Of a stretch of 64,000 nucleotides of DNA, positions 1 through 9,276 are shown one piece after another; position 1 is the stretch's first letter; every line of letters starts with the position of its first letter. The notes under the pieces were generated by a model that saw only the letters and a program-made list of their open reading frames with translations, searched no databases and was not told the origin of the DNA. This DNA is from Desulfomicrobium sp. (GTDB lineage: Bacteria; Desulfobacterota; Desulfovibrionia; Desulfovibrionales; Desulfomicrobiaceae), in the NCBI GenBank assembly GCA_040768745.1, contig JAXGMI010000002.1, positions 672,001 through 736,000 on the forward strand, written 5' to 3'. A program made the position numbers and the translations under genes.

Positions 1-36
1 TTCCTCGTGCACCACGGCCACGCGCAGGGTCTTCAT
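1..36 (-). CDS. 5' end of a gene running off the window (MKTLRVAVVHEE...); possibly a second ATP-grasp ligase
   Basis: ATG at 36 overlaps the TGA of the upstream ligase (ATGA coupling); only 12 codons visible. Confidence 0.55.
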   Translation of the reverse strand, partial: MKTLRVAVVHEE

Positions 37-1037
37 ACAACGGCCTCGGACAGCAGACCCGTGGACTTGGCCCTGGCAACGGCCGAATTCATGATCTGGG
101 CGATGAGCATGTCGTATTCCAGTCCGATCTTGTGACAGAGGATGGGCAGGTCCGAGCTTTCCGGATTCAGACCCGCCAGGGGGTTGACCTCCAGAAAACG
201 CGCCCGGCCCTGGCCATCCAGCCGCACGTCCACCCGGCCGGCATCGAGGCAGCCCAGGGCCTGCCAGGCCTCCAGGGCCAGGTCGGCGGCCAGCAGGGCT
301 TTTTCATCGGTCACCAGGGCGTAATGCACCCGGGCCGTCCACTGCTGCTTGTTTTCGTAGGTGTAGGCCGTCTGGTCCCCCTCGGATGTGCACAGAATCT
401 CCATGACCCCGAGGACCCGCGCTCCGCGGCCGCTGCCGAGAATGCCCACCGTGAATTCACGGCCCGGAAGATAGGTTTCCACGAGAGCGGACTGGCTGTA
501 GGTTTCAAGGATTTGGGCGCAGACCTCGCGCAGCTCCCTGCGGTTGCGCACCAGGGATCTGGCGCTGACCCCCCGGCTGGACCCTTCGGCCACGGGCTTG
601 ACGAACAGGGGAAAGGGCAGGTCGATCTCCTCCACCACATCCTGCCCGCTGACAATCCAGAAATCCGCAGTGGGCAGGCCGTGGGCCCGGATCACGGCAT
701 TGGTCCAGCCTTTGTGCAGGGTCAGGGCCAGAAGCTCGGGACCGGAAAAGGTGTAGGGGATGCCCCAGGCGTCCAGCAGGGCCGGAATCTGTGACTCCCG
801 TCCCAGTCCGCGCATGCCCTCGGCGATGTTGAAGACAAGATCCCATCGCCGCCCACTGGCCAGGGCCTGCACCAGGCCGCCCACATTGCCTACCCGCTCC
901 ACCTGGTGACCCTGGGTGCGCAGGGCCTTTTCAATGGCCTCCACCGTCGCCTCGCTGTCCAGCTCGGCCACCTCTTCGGAAGAATACCCTGCGGCCAGGT
1001 ACTCGTCCTTCAGGTCGTAGGTCATGCCGACGCGCAT
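33..1037 (-). CDS. D-Ala-D-Ala ligase-like ATP-grasp protein
   Basis: Motifs DLVFNIAEG, PLFVKPVAEGSSRG, VETYLPGREFTVG, RVDVR, LEVNPLAGL; start MRVGMTYD overlaps the KamA stop (TGATG), with GGAGG upstream. Confidence 0.88.
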   Translation of the reverse strand: MRVGMTYDLKDEYLAAGYSSEEVAELDSEATVEAIEKALRTQGHQVERVGNVGGLVQALASGRRWDLVFNIAEGMRGLGRESQIPALLDAWGIPYTFSGPELLALTLHKGWTNAVIRAHGLPTADFWIVSGQDVVEEIDLPFPLFVKPVAEGSSRGVSARSLVRNRRELREVCAQILETYSQSALVETYLPGREFTVGILGSGRGARVLGVMEILCTSEGDQTAYTYENKQQWTARVHYALVTDEKALLAADLALEAWQALGCLDAGRVDVRLDGQGRARFLEVNPLAGLNPESSDLPILCHKIGLEYDMLIAQIMNSAVARAKSTGLLSEAVV

Positions 1038-2260
1038 CAGGCCTCCTGCCCGAAATCGGGATAGTGGAAAATCCGGTCCTCGTAATTTCGCAGGCCCACA
1101 CCCTGCTCGTCGCGGCCCAGCACATAGTCGGGCTGAAGGGGCACCTTGCCCCCGCCGCCAGGCGCGTCGATGACGTAGGTCGGGATGCAATACCCGGAGG
1201 TATGGCCGCGCAACCCCTTGATGATGCCCAATCCCGTGTCCACGGGAGTGCGAAAATGGGCAGAACCGGGAATGGGGTCGCACTGGTACAGATAATACGG
1301 CCGCACCCTGTTGCGGATCAGGCCGTGCATCAGGCGTTTCATGGTCGTCACGTCGTCATTCACACCCGCCAGAAGCACTGTCTGGCTGCCCAGGGGGATC
1401 CCGGCGTCGGCCAGACGGGCACATGCGGCCGATGTTTCCGGGGTGATTTCCTCCGGATGGGCGAAATGCAGGCTCATCAGCAGCGGGTGATACCGGCGCA
1501 ACATGCGCGTCAGGGCGGGAGTGACCCGTTGCGGCAACACGGCCGGAACCTTGGTCCCGATGCGCACGATCTCCACATGCGCAATGTCCCGCAGCTGGGA
1601 CAGCAGCCATTCTATCTTCATATCCGGCAGGGTCAGGGGATCTCCACCTGAAAGGAGGACGTCGCGCACCCCCCTGTGCTGGCGGATATAGTCCAGGGCC
1701 ACCTGCCAGCTGCGCATGTCGGAATGGTGCCCGCTTTTGCCCACCAGACGGGAGCGGGTACAGTAACGGCAATAGGTCGAACAGAAGTCCGTGACCAGAA
1801 ACAGGACCCTGTCGGGATAGCGGTGCACGATGCCCGGAACCGGGCTGTGCACGTCCTCCCCCAGGGGGTCAGGCCTTTCAAAAGGTCCGATCTCGGTTTC
1901 GCGGATGTCGGGCAGGATGCAGCGCTGCACGGCTTTGCTGCGGGAAGCCACCCACAGGTAATACGGGGTCACTGCGGCCGGAAGCCCACCGGCCGCCGCC
2001 ACATAGGGTGAAAATTCCAGCCCGAGGATCCGGGCCATGGATCGTGCGGAAGTGATGCGGTTCTTGAGCTGCCAACGCCAGTTTTCCCAGTCTTTGAGGC
2101 TTGCTGCGGGAAAATGGGTGGCCAGGAAGTTCTTGAGATGGCGCCAGGACTGGAGCTCCTGGTCTTGGGGATGATCGGCTTGGGCTGATAGGGAGGGAGG
2201 TTCGGCCAGTTCCTGGCCCAGTTCAGGGGTGTCCTCGTGGACAACTGCGGTATTGCTCAT
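1037..2260 (-). CDS. KamA-family radical SAM/PLP aminomutase (lysine 2,3-aminomutase-like)
   Basis: CSTYCRYCTR radical-SAM motif, HRYPDRVL, LLSGGDPL, YLYQCD, DAPGGGGK (PLP lysine); GAGG RBS before ATG 2260. Confidence 0.92.
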   Translation of the reverse strand: MSNTAVVHEDTPELGQELAEPPSLSAQADHPQDQELQSWRHLKNFLATHFPAASLKDWENWRWQLKNRITSARSMARILGLEFSPYVAAAGGLPAAVTPYYLWVASRSKAVQRCILPDIRETEIGPFERPDPLGEDVHSPVPGIVHRYPDRVLFLVTDFCSTYCRYCTRSRLVGKSGHHSDMRSWQVALDYIRQHRGVRDVLLSGGDPLTLPDMKIEWLLSQLRDIAHVEIVRIGTKVPAVLPQRVTPALTRMLRRYHPLLMSLHFAHPEEITPETSAACARLADAGIPLGSQTVLLAGVNDDVTTMKRLMHGLIRNRVRPYYLYQCDPIPGSAHFRTPVDTGLGIIKGLRGHTSGYCIPTYVIDAPGGGGKVPLQPDYVLGRDEQGVGLRNYEDRIFHYPDFGQEA

Positions 2261-2324
2261 GGTTTTCCTCATGGTCTGTGCAGGATTGTGGGGTGCGCTG
2301 CCGCAATGGAAGCACCAGAACCGA

Positions 2325-2340
2325 AGCATTACCCATGCCA
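2325..2340 (-). promoter_or_regulatory. Putative sigma54 -24/-12 promoter of the KamA operon
   Basis: Minus strand reads TGGCATGGGTAATGCT, with exact GG-N10-GC spacing, about 65 bp upstream of the ATG. Confidence 0.6.
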
Positions 2341-2627
2341 AGGAGATATCCGTCTGAATTCATGAGAAAATTTTAGCAGGAGCCCTCCATCCATGCGGAA
2401 CTCTTGATTCCTTTTTCACAGGCGGCACCTGCATCATGCCAGCCCTGACCAGGAAGAATGGGCCCGGCGTGAGGCCGGCAGAGATGCATCCTGACAGGAA
2501 TAGTCTGTAAAACAAGTTGGTTGGATATAAAAAAGAACTTTGCTTTCCGAGCCGGGAGGATCGGAATTGCAGATTCCCTTTTTCTTTCTGTTTTCCTGTA
2601 CTTGAAACAGATCGAAGCAGGATATTC

Positions 2628-3137
2628 TCATTCCGGTGACTGGAAAAGAATGCGCTCGTAGATGTCCCGCATGCTTTTCGAAAAGCAGACAAACACGACT
2701 GACTGCGGTCCGCCGTGCCTGGCTTGAAACGACCGCACCTCGGATACGGCTATGGCGCTGGCCTCTTCGGCAGGAAAACCGTACGCCCCGCAGCTGATGG
2801 CCGGAAAGGCAACGCTGCGAAGCCCGTGCTCCCTGGCCAGGTTCAGACAGGACCGATAGCATGCGCCCAGAAGCTCCCGCTCACCCTTTCCTCCGCCCTG
2901 CCAGACAGGCCCCACGGTATGGATAACGAATTTGGCGGGCAGGTCGTACCCCCTGGTCATGCGGGCCTGTCCTGTCGGGCACCCACCGATGGTCCGGCAT
3001 TCGTCCAGCAGTCCCGGACCGGCCGCGCGGTGGATGGCTCCATCCACCCCCCCTCCGCCCAGAAGGCTGGAATTGGCGGCGTTGACAATGGCGTCCACAG
3101 TCATGGAGGTGATGTCGGTCTGGCAAACGGTGATCAT
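2628..3137 (-). CDS. Macro-domain O-acetyl-ADP-ribose deacetylase (YmdB/MacroD-like)
   Basis: [55 protein letters not shown] before ATG 3137. Confidence 0.93.
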   Translation of the reverse strand: MITVCQTDITSMTVDAIVNAANSSLLGGGGVDGAIHRAAGPGLLDECRTIGGCPTGQARMTRGYDLPAKFVIHTVGPVWQGGGKGERELLGACYRSCLNLAREHGLRSVAFPAISCGAYGFPAEEASAIAVSEVRSFQARHGGPQSVVFVCFSKSMRDIYERILFQSPE

Positions 3138-3491
3138 ACACTTCTCCTTGCATTTCATGGGACACAACCTCCTGCTCGTGCCGTTGACCCCCGCCAGCGG
3201 CACACCATGACTTTCTGTGCAGCGTTGCCCCTTCCTTTGATGAACGCCGACCACTACGCCCAAGGGATCCATTTGCGGCATCCCGGTATTGCCGCCATGC
3301 CCTGTCCCGGATGAACGGCGTGTGCGGGCGGGCCAATGGCAGAATTCAATCCCGGACCACGCCCATACCGGCTCCCCATGCCGACGACCAACTTCTCTGT
3401 CCGTTTACCGGAAATGACGTGCGAAGCGTGTTGTCTCGTGCGATCAGATCGGCATGACTAGAGCGACCCACCACAGCCCCCGGAGGAACAC

Positions 3492-3743
3492 ATGGAAAAA
3501 TCAATGCAACGGTACTGGAAATCGAACCTGACGTACATGGCCATTCTGCTGGCCATCTGGGCCCTGGTCTCGTACGTCTTCGGCATTCTCCTCGTGAACG
3601 AGCTGAACGCCTTCCACCTCGGCGGATTCCCCCTGGGCTTCTGGTTCGCCCAGCAGGGATCCATCTACGTATTCGTGGTCCTCATCCTTGCCTACTTCCT
3701 GCTCATGGATCGTCTGGACAAGAAGTTCGACGTGCACGAATAA
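3492..3743 (+). CDS. DUF4212-family small membrane partner of a solute:sodium symporter
   Basis: 83 aa, two TM segments, GFPLGFWFAQQGS motif, directly upstream of the symporter. Confidence 0.88.
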   Translation: MEKSMQRYWKSNLTYMAILLAIWALVSYVFGILLVNELNAFHLGGFPLGFWFAQQGSIYVFVVLILAYFLLMDRLDKKFDVHE

Positions 3744-3770
3744 CCCGAGCAACGACCGCGAGGAACGCAT

Positions 3771-5549
3771 ATGTCACTGCAAGCATGGACCTATCTCATT
3801 GTCGGGGCGACCTTCGCGCTCTACATCGGCATCGCCTGGGGGGCGCGGGTCAAGGACACCAGGGGCTTCTACGTGGCCGGCGGCGGCGTGCCGCCCCTGG
3901 CCAACGGCATGGCCACGGCCGCGGACTGGATGAGCGCGGCGTCCTTCATCTCCATGGCCGGCATGATCTCCTTCATGGGCTATGCCGGCTGCATGTACCT
4001 CATGGGCTGGACCGGCGGCTACGTGCTGCTGGCCCTGCTCCTGGCCCCCTATCTGCGCAAGTTCGGCAAGTTCACGGTGCCGGACTTTGTCGGCGACCGG
4101 TATTATTCCTCGGCGGCCCGTGTGGTGGCCCTGATCTGCGCCATCTTCGTCTCCCTGACTTACGTGGCCGGACAGATGCGTGGCGTGGGCATCGTCTTCA
4201 GCCGCTTCCTGGAAGTGGACGTCAACACCGGCGTGGTCATCGGCATGGTCCTGGTCTTCTTCTACGCCGGCATCGGCGGGATGAAGGGCATCACCTGGAC
4301 CCAGGTGGCGCAGTACTGCGTGCTCATCACCGCCTTCCTGGTCCCGGCCATCGCCATCTCCGCCAAGCTGACCGGAAATTTCCTGCCCCAGATCGGCTTT
4401 GGCAGCACTCTTGTCGACGGCCCGAATGCCGGAAAGTACCTGCTCGACACGTTGAACCAGATCGGCACTGACCTGGGCTTCGCCGAATACACCGCGGCCT
4501 TCTCGGGCCCCGGAAGCAAGCCCATGATCGACGTCTTCGCCATCACCATGTGCCTCATGGTCGGCACGGCAGGGCTGCCCCACGTCATCATCCGCTTCTA
4601 CACCGTGCCCACGGTGCGGGCCGCGCGCATCTCGGCCTTCTACGCCCTGATCTTCATCGCCATTCTCTACACCACGGCCCCGGCCCTGGGCGCCTTCGCC
4701 CGCTACACCCTGACCAACGTGCTCAGCAACGCCTCCTACGCCACGGCCCCGTCCTGGTTCAAGAACTGGGAAAAGACGGGTCTCCTGGCCTGGATGGACA
4801 AGAACAACGACGGGGTCATCACCTACCGCGCCGGCGCGCCCTTCAAGGGCAAGCCGATCTTCAGCGGCGAAACCGGGCCCGCCGGCCAGCGCCTGCTCAA
4901 GAACGAAGCCACGGACAACGCCAACGAACTGTACATCGACAACGACATCATGGTCCTGGCCACGCCCGAGATCTCCCAGCTCCCGCCCTGGGTCATCGCC
5001 CTGGTGGCGGCCGGCGGTCTGGCCGCGGCCCTGTCCACGGCGGCGGGACTCCTGCTGGTCATCTCCTCGGCCATCTCCCACGACCTCTACTACCGCATCA
5101 TCAACCGCGAGGCCTCGGAACAGAAACGCCTGGCCATCGGTCGCGTCATGATGGGCATCGCCGTGCTCGTGGCCGGATACTTCGGCATCAACCCGCCCGG
5201 CTTCGTGGCCCAGGTGGTGGCCTTCGCCTTTGGCCTGGCCTCCTCGTCCTTCTTCCCCATCATCGTGCTGGGCATCTTCTGGAAACGGGCCACCAAGGAA
5301 GGGGCCATCTGCGGCATGATCGCGGGCATCACCTTCACCATGGTCTACATCATTCAGACCAAATTCATGGGCGTCGCCCCATGGTTCATGAACATCAGCC
5401 CCGAAGGCATCGGCACCGTGGGCATGCTCCTCAACTTCGCGGTGACGGTTGGAGTCTCCCTGGTCACGGCCGCCCCGCCGGCCGCCGTGCAGGACATGGT
5501 CGAGAGCGTGCGCATCCCCCGCGGGGCCGGCGCCGCGGTGGACCACTAA
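3771..5549 (+). CDS. Solute:sodium symporter, ActP-like (cation/acetate)
   Basis: NGMATAADWMSAASF, GKFTVPDF, GTAGLPHVIIRFYTVP, AAGGLAAALSTAAGLL; many TM segments. Confidence 0.92.
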   Translation: MSLQAWTYLIVGATFALYIGIAWGARVKDTRGFYVAGGGVPPLANGMATAADWMSAASFISMAGMISFMGYAGCMYLMGWTGGYVLLALLLAPYLRKFGKFTVPDFVGDRYYSSAARVVALICAIFVSLTYVAGQMRGVGIVFSRFLEVDVNTGVVIGMVLVFFYAGIGGMKGITWTQVAQYCVLITAFLVPAIAISAKLTGNFLPQIGFGSTLVDGPNAGKYLLDTLNQIGTDLGFAEYTAAFSGPGSKPMIDVFAITMCLMVGTAGLPHVIIRFYTVPTVRAARISAFYALIFIAILYTTAPALGAFARYTLTNVLSNASYATAPSWFKNWEKTGLLAWMDKNNDGVITYRAGAPFKGKPIFSGETGPAGQRLLKNEATDNANELYIDNDIMVLATPEISQLPPWVIALVAAGGLAAALSTAAGLLLVISSAISHDLYYRIINREASEQKRLAIGRVMMGIAVLVAGYFGINPPGFVAQVVAFAFGLASSSFFPIIVLGIFWKRATKEGAICGMIAGITFTMVYIIQTKFMGVAPWFMNISPEGIGTVGMLLNFAVTVGVSLVTAAPPAAVQDMVESVRIPRGAGAAVDH

Positions 5550-5597
5550 CCTTTCATGCGGGGGCCGGGCAACCGGCCCCCGGACGAGGGCGCAGCC

Positions 5598-7511
5598 ATG
5601 GACACGGGCATTCAGCCTGCGGGGTATGACAGCATCATCACCTTCCTGGAGGGCACCCTGCCCTTCTCGGACCTGGACCGTCCCAGCCTGATCCGCATCG
5701 CCAGGCACTGCCTGGTGGACTTCTTTCCTGCCGGGACGCGGATCCTGCGCAGGGGGGTGACGGAGGTGGACGGACTCTATCTGATCCAGAAGGGGGCCAT
5801 CCGCCTTTTCCACGAGGACGAGGGCGTGCTGGTGGACATCCGCACCGACGGTGCTTCCCTGGGCGCCCTGTCCCTGTTCAACGGGGAAAAGGCGGCCCTG
5901 GACGCAGAAACCGTGGAGGACACCTTCGTCATCAAGATTCCGCGTGAACGTTTCTTCGAAGCCACGCACCTGAACCCGTCCATCTCCCGCTTCTACCTCA
6001 AGTCCTTTGCCGACACCTTCCTGTCCAAGGCCTTCGAGGAAATGCGCTGCAAGCCCGCGGCCCAGCACGAGGACCACGACCTGCACGTCTTCAGCAACCC
6101 CGTGGGCGGCCTGATCAGCCGCGAGCCCGTCAGCGTGCCCTTCGGCCTGAGCATCCAGGCCGCGGCCAGGGAGATGATCCGCCAGAACACCGGCTCCCTT
6201 CTTTTCCGCGAACCCTCGGGCGAAATCTGCGGCATCATCACCGACACGGACCTGCGCAAGGCCATGGCCCTGGGCCTGGACCTGCAGGCCCCGGCCGAGA
6301 CCATCATGTCCACGCCCGTGGAAAGCGTCGACGCCTCGGCCGTGTGTTTCGACGCCCTGCTGACCATGATGTCCAGGAACATCCACCACCTCGTGGTCAG
6401 GAGCCACGGCAAGGTGCAGGGCGTGGTCAGCTCCCACGACATCATGCTCCTGCAGGGCCGCTCGCCCATGTCCGTGTTCCGGGAGATCGCCTCGCGCACG
6501 ACCATCGCCGGTCTCTACCCCCTGCACGACAGCATCACCCCGGTCATCCGGACCCTGGTCCAGCAGGGGGCCAAGGCCGGCAACATCACCCGCATGATCG
6601 CCATCCTGAACGACCAGATCATCTCACGCTTGCTGGAGCTCATGCTCGGCGAACTCGGCCCGCCGCCCGTCCGGTTCTGCCTGCTGCTCATGGGCAGCGA
6701 GGGCAGGCGCGAGCAGACCTTCGCCACGGACCAGGACAACGCCCTGATCATCGACAACTGCGGGGTGGATTTTCTGGAGCGGGCGGCCGAGACGTACTTC
6801 TCGGCCTTCACCGAGCGCATGGTCGGACACCTCATCAACTGCGGGTTCCCGCGCTGCCCCGGGGACATGATGGCCTCCAACCCCGCCTGGCGGGGCACCC
6901 TGAACACCTGGAAGGGAAGGGTCGAAACCTGGGTCGCCGCGCCGGAGCCCCAGCGCGTGCTGGCCAGCTCCGTTTTCTTCGACTTCCGCGGTGTCTACGG
7001 CCACAAGGATTTGTCCGAGAACCTGCGCCAGCACGTCACCAGCGCCTGCGCCGGCAAGGACCTCTTCCTGCGCTACCTGGCCGCCGACTGCCTGAACGCC
7101 CGCCCGCCCCTGACCTTCTTCAAGAACTTCATGGTCGAGAAGGACGGGGCCCACAGGAACACCCTGGACATCAAGGCCCGGGGGCTCCTGCCCTTCATGG
7201 ACTTCGCCCGGGTCATGGCCCTCTACCACGGCATCCGCGAGACGGGCACCCTGACCCGGCTGGACCTCCTGCACCAGGCCGGGCACCTCTCGCGCGACCT
7301 GTACCACGAGGCGCGGGAGGCCTTCGAGTTCCTGCTGCACGCCCGACTCATGCACCAGCTCGAACAGATGGAGGCCGGGAAGAAGCCCGACAACCGCATT
7401 GACCCGGCCAGCCTCTCGGCCCTGGAGAAACGAACCCTGCGCGAGGCCTTCGGGGTCATTTCCGCCCTGCACGGTGTGCTGCGCGAAACCTTCCGCCTGA
7501 ACATGGGGTGA
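5598..7511 (+). CDS. cNMP-binding/CBS/DUF294 nucleotidyltransferase-like protein
   Basis: N-terminal cNMP fold (GLYLIQKGAI), CBS pair (GIITDTDL, IHHLVV), NTase motif MGSEGRREQTFATDQDNAL, C-terminal DIKARGLLP. Confidence 0.88.
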   Translation: MDTGIQPAGYDSIITFLEGTLPFSDLDRPSLIRIARHCLVDFFPAGTRILRRGVTEVDGLYLIQKGAIRLFHEDEGVLVDIRTDGASLGALSLFNGEKAALDAETVEDTFVIKIPRERFFEATHLNPSISRFYLKSFADTFLSKAFEEMRCKPAAQHEDHDLHVFSNPVGGLISREPVSVPFGLSIQAAAREMIRQNTGSLLFREPSGEICGIITDTDLRKAMALGLDLQAPAETIMSTPVESVDASAVCFDALLTMMSRNIHHLVVRSHGKVQGVVSSHDIMLLQGRSPMSVFREIASRTTIAGLYPLHDSITPVIRTLVQQGAKAGNITRMIAILNDQIISRLLELMLGELGPPPVRFCLLLMGSEGRREQTFATDQDNALIIDNCGVDFLERAAETYFSAFTERMVGHLINCGFPRCPGDMMASNPAWRGTLNTWKGRVETWVAAPEPQRVLASSVFFDFRGVYGHKDLSENLRQHVTSACAGKDLFLRYLAADCLNARPPLTFFKNFMVEKDGAHRNTLDIKARGLLPFMDFARVMALYHGIRETGTLTRLDLLHQAGHLSRDLYHEAREAFEFLLHARLMHQLEQMEAGKKPDNRIDPASLSALEKRTLREAFGVISALHGVLRETFRLNMG

Positions 7512-7516
7512 CGGGC

Positions 7517-8251
7517 ATGCCCTTCTCCGCCATCGACCGCCTGCTCCGCGTGCTGGGCCGTGGCCCAGGAACCTCGAATCTGCCTGCCCTGGACGAGAAC
7601 AACCGCCTCTGCCGGGCGCTGGACCAGAACCGCCCCCTGAGTGACTGCGTCTTCACCGTGCTGGACACGGAACTGACCGGCCTTTCGGCCCGCAAGGAGG
7701 AAATCGTGTCCGTCGGGGCCGTGCGTGTGCGGGGTCTGGCCATCATTCCGGGCGAGAGCTTCTCTGCCCTGGTCCGACCGAACATCCCCCTCCCCAAATT
7801 CAGCACCCTCATCCACCGCATCACGCCCGAGGCCATCGCCGAGGCCCCGCCCCTGCACGAAGTCCTGCCCGGGCTGGTCGAATTCTGCAAAGGTACCCTC
7901 ATCGTCGGGCACCACATCGGCCTGGACATGGCCTTCATCAACCGCGCCTGCCGCAGGAACCACGGTGCTGCCCTGGCCAATCCATGCCTGGACACCATGC
8001 GCATGGCCATGCTCTGGCGGGAACAACGCAGCCCGTCCCATTACGAGCGCTTCAGTCTGAACATCTCCTATGTCCTGGCGGACCTGGCCGAGGAGTTCAA
8101 ACTGCCGCGCTTCACGGCCCACGATGCCCTGGGCGACGCCCTGCAGACGGCCTACCTGTTCATCTACCTGGCCAAAAAAATCGCCCGGAACACCCCCCTC
8201 ACTCTGAAGGAGCTGTTCCGGGCCGGCCAGAGCTGGCGCTGGTACATGTGA
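7517..8251 (+). CDS. DEDDh 3'-5' exonuclease (DnaQ/PolC-like domain)
   Basis: Exo I VLDTELTG, Exo II GHHIGLD, Exo III HDALGDA; alternative GTG start at 7508 overlaps the upstream stop. Confidence 0.88.
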   Translation: MPFSAIDRLLRVLGRGPGTSNLPALDENNRLCRALDQNRPLSDCVFTVLDTELTGLSARKEEIVSVGAVRVRGLAIIPGESFSALVRPNIPLPKFSTLIHRITPEAIAEAPPLHEVLPGLVEFCKGTLIVGHHIGLDMAFINRACRRNHGAALANPCLDTMRMAMLWREQRSPSHYERFSLNISYVLADLAEEFKLPRFTAHDALGDALQTAYLFIYLAKKIARNTPLTLKELFRAGQSWRWYM

Positions 8252-8295
8252 ATGTCAGGGAGGGCTAGTGCAGGGGCGACTGATTGTCCTGGAGT

Positions 8296-9093
8296 TCACA
8301 GCAGGGAAATGAGCATCCTGGTGCCCACCACGAAAAGGATCACGGCAAAGACGCGCTTCAATTTGTCCACGGGCAGGCTGTGGGCCAGGCGCACGCCCAG
8401 GGGGGCCGTCAGCACGCTCATGACCGCGATGGACACCAGGGCCGTCAGGGACACGTAGCCCAGGGAGTAGGGTGGCAGGTTCTCCACGCCAAAGCCGTTG
8501 GTGATGTAGCCCACGGTCCCGGCCACGGCGATGGGGAAGCCGATGGCCGCCGAGGTGCCGATGGCCTTGTGGATGGGGATGTTGTGCCAGACCATGAACG
8601 GCACCGAGAGGGTCCCCCCGCCGATGCCCACCAGACTCGAAACCACGCCGATGACGCCCCCCGCCCCGAACATCCCGGCCATGCCCGGCAGCTGCCGCGA
8701 TGGCTTGGGTTTCTTTCCGGACAGCATCTGGTAGCAGACGAAGTAGAGAAAGACGACGAAGAAGGCCTTGAGCCAGCCCGTGCTCAGGGCCGCCGCGATG
8801 AAGGTGCCCAAGAACGTGCCGACCAGGATGCCGGCCACGATGCGCCGGACCACCGTCCACTCCACCGCGCCCCGGCGATGGTGGGCCATGAAGCTCGAAA
8901 CTGAGGTGAAAACAATGCTGGCCATGGACGTGCCCAGGGCCAGATGCATGATGAGTTCGTGCGGCAGATTCTGCAGCTCCATGCAGAACACGAGCATGGG
9001 CACGATGACAAGTCCGCCGCCGATGCCCAGAAGCCCCGCCAGCACCCCGGCAATGGCGCCCACGACAAGATACAGAGCCAAGACTTCGAACAT
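8296..9093 (-). CDS. TauE/SafE-family membrane exporter
   Basis: Repeated GLLGIGGG/SLVGIGGG motifs, ALGTS/AIGTS, about 8 TM segments. Confidence 0.9.
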   Translation of the reverse strand: MFEVLALYLVVGAIAGVLAGLLGIGGGLVIVPMLVFCMELQNLPHELIMHLALGTSMASIVFTSVSSFMAHHRRGAVEWTVVRRIVAGILVGTFLGTFIAAALSTGWLKAFFVVFLYFVCYQMLSGKKPKPSRQLPGMAGMFGAGGVIGVVSSLVGIGGGTLSVPFMVWHNIPIHKAIGTSAAIGFPIAVAGTVGYITNGFGVENLPPYSLGYVSLTALVSIAVMSVLTAPLGVRLAHSLPVDKLKRVFAVILFVVGTRMLISLL

Positions 9094-9276
9094 GTTTTCC
9101 CCCTGATGGCGGCTGCGCGGGACACGGCCCGGGGCCGGAAAAATTGGTAGGACCAATTCCTGAACCACTCCGGCGCGCTTGTCAACGCCCGGAACGCGAA
9201 ACGTGACAAAGAGGCTTGCAATTCGGCGCCGGGAGGTGGATGTGCGGTCTCAGGAAACGCAACAGCCGAGGACGGA

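Noticed and set aside
1037..2260. EpmB (EF-P beta-lysylation) or lysine fermentation assignment
   Set aside because: No efp/epmA or kamDE/kdd genes adjacent within the window; it is coupled to ATP-grasp ligase genes instead
2345..2625. Riboswitch in the KamA upstream region
   Set aside because: No lysine, SAM or c-di-AMP aptamer consensus recognised, and the region lies upstream of the candidate promoter; a covariance-model search would settle it
3774..6527. 917-aa minus-strand ORF and other long antisense ORFs (e.g. 53371-55401, 24618-26090, 59025-60362)
   Set aside because: Shadows of well-supported genes on the opposite strand, caused by GC3 bias; no recognisable motifs
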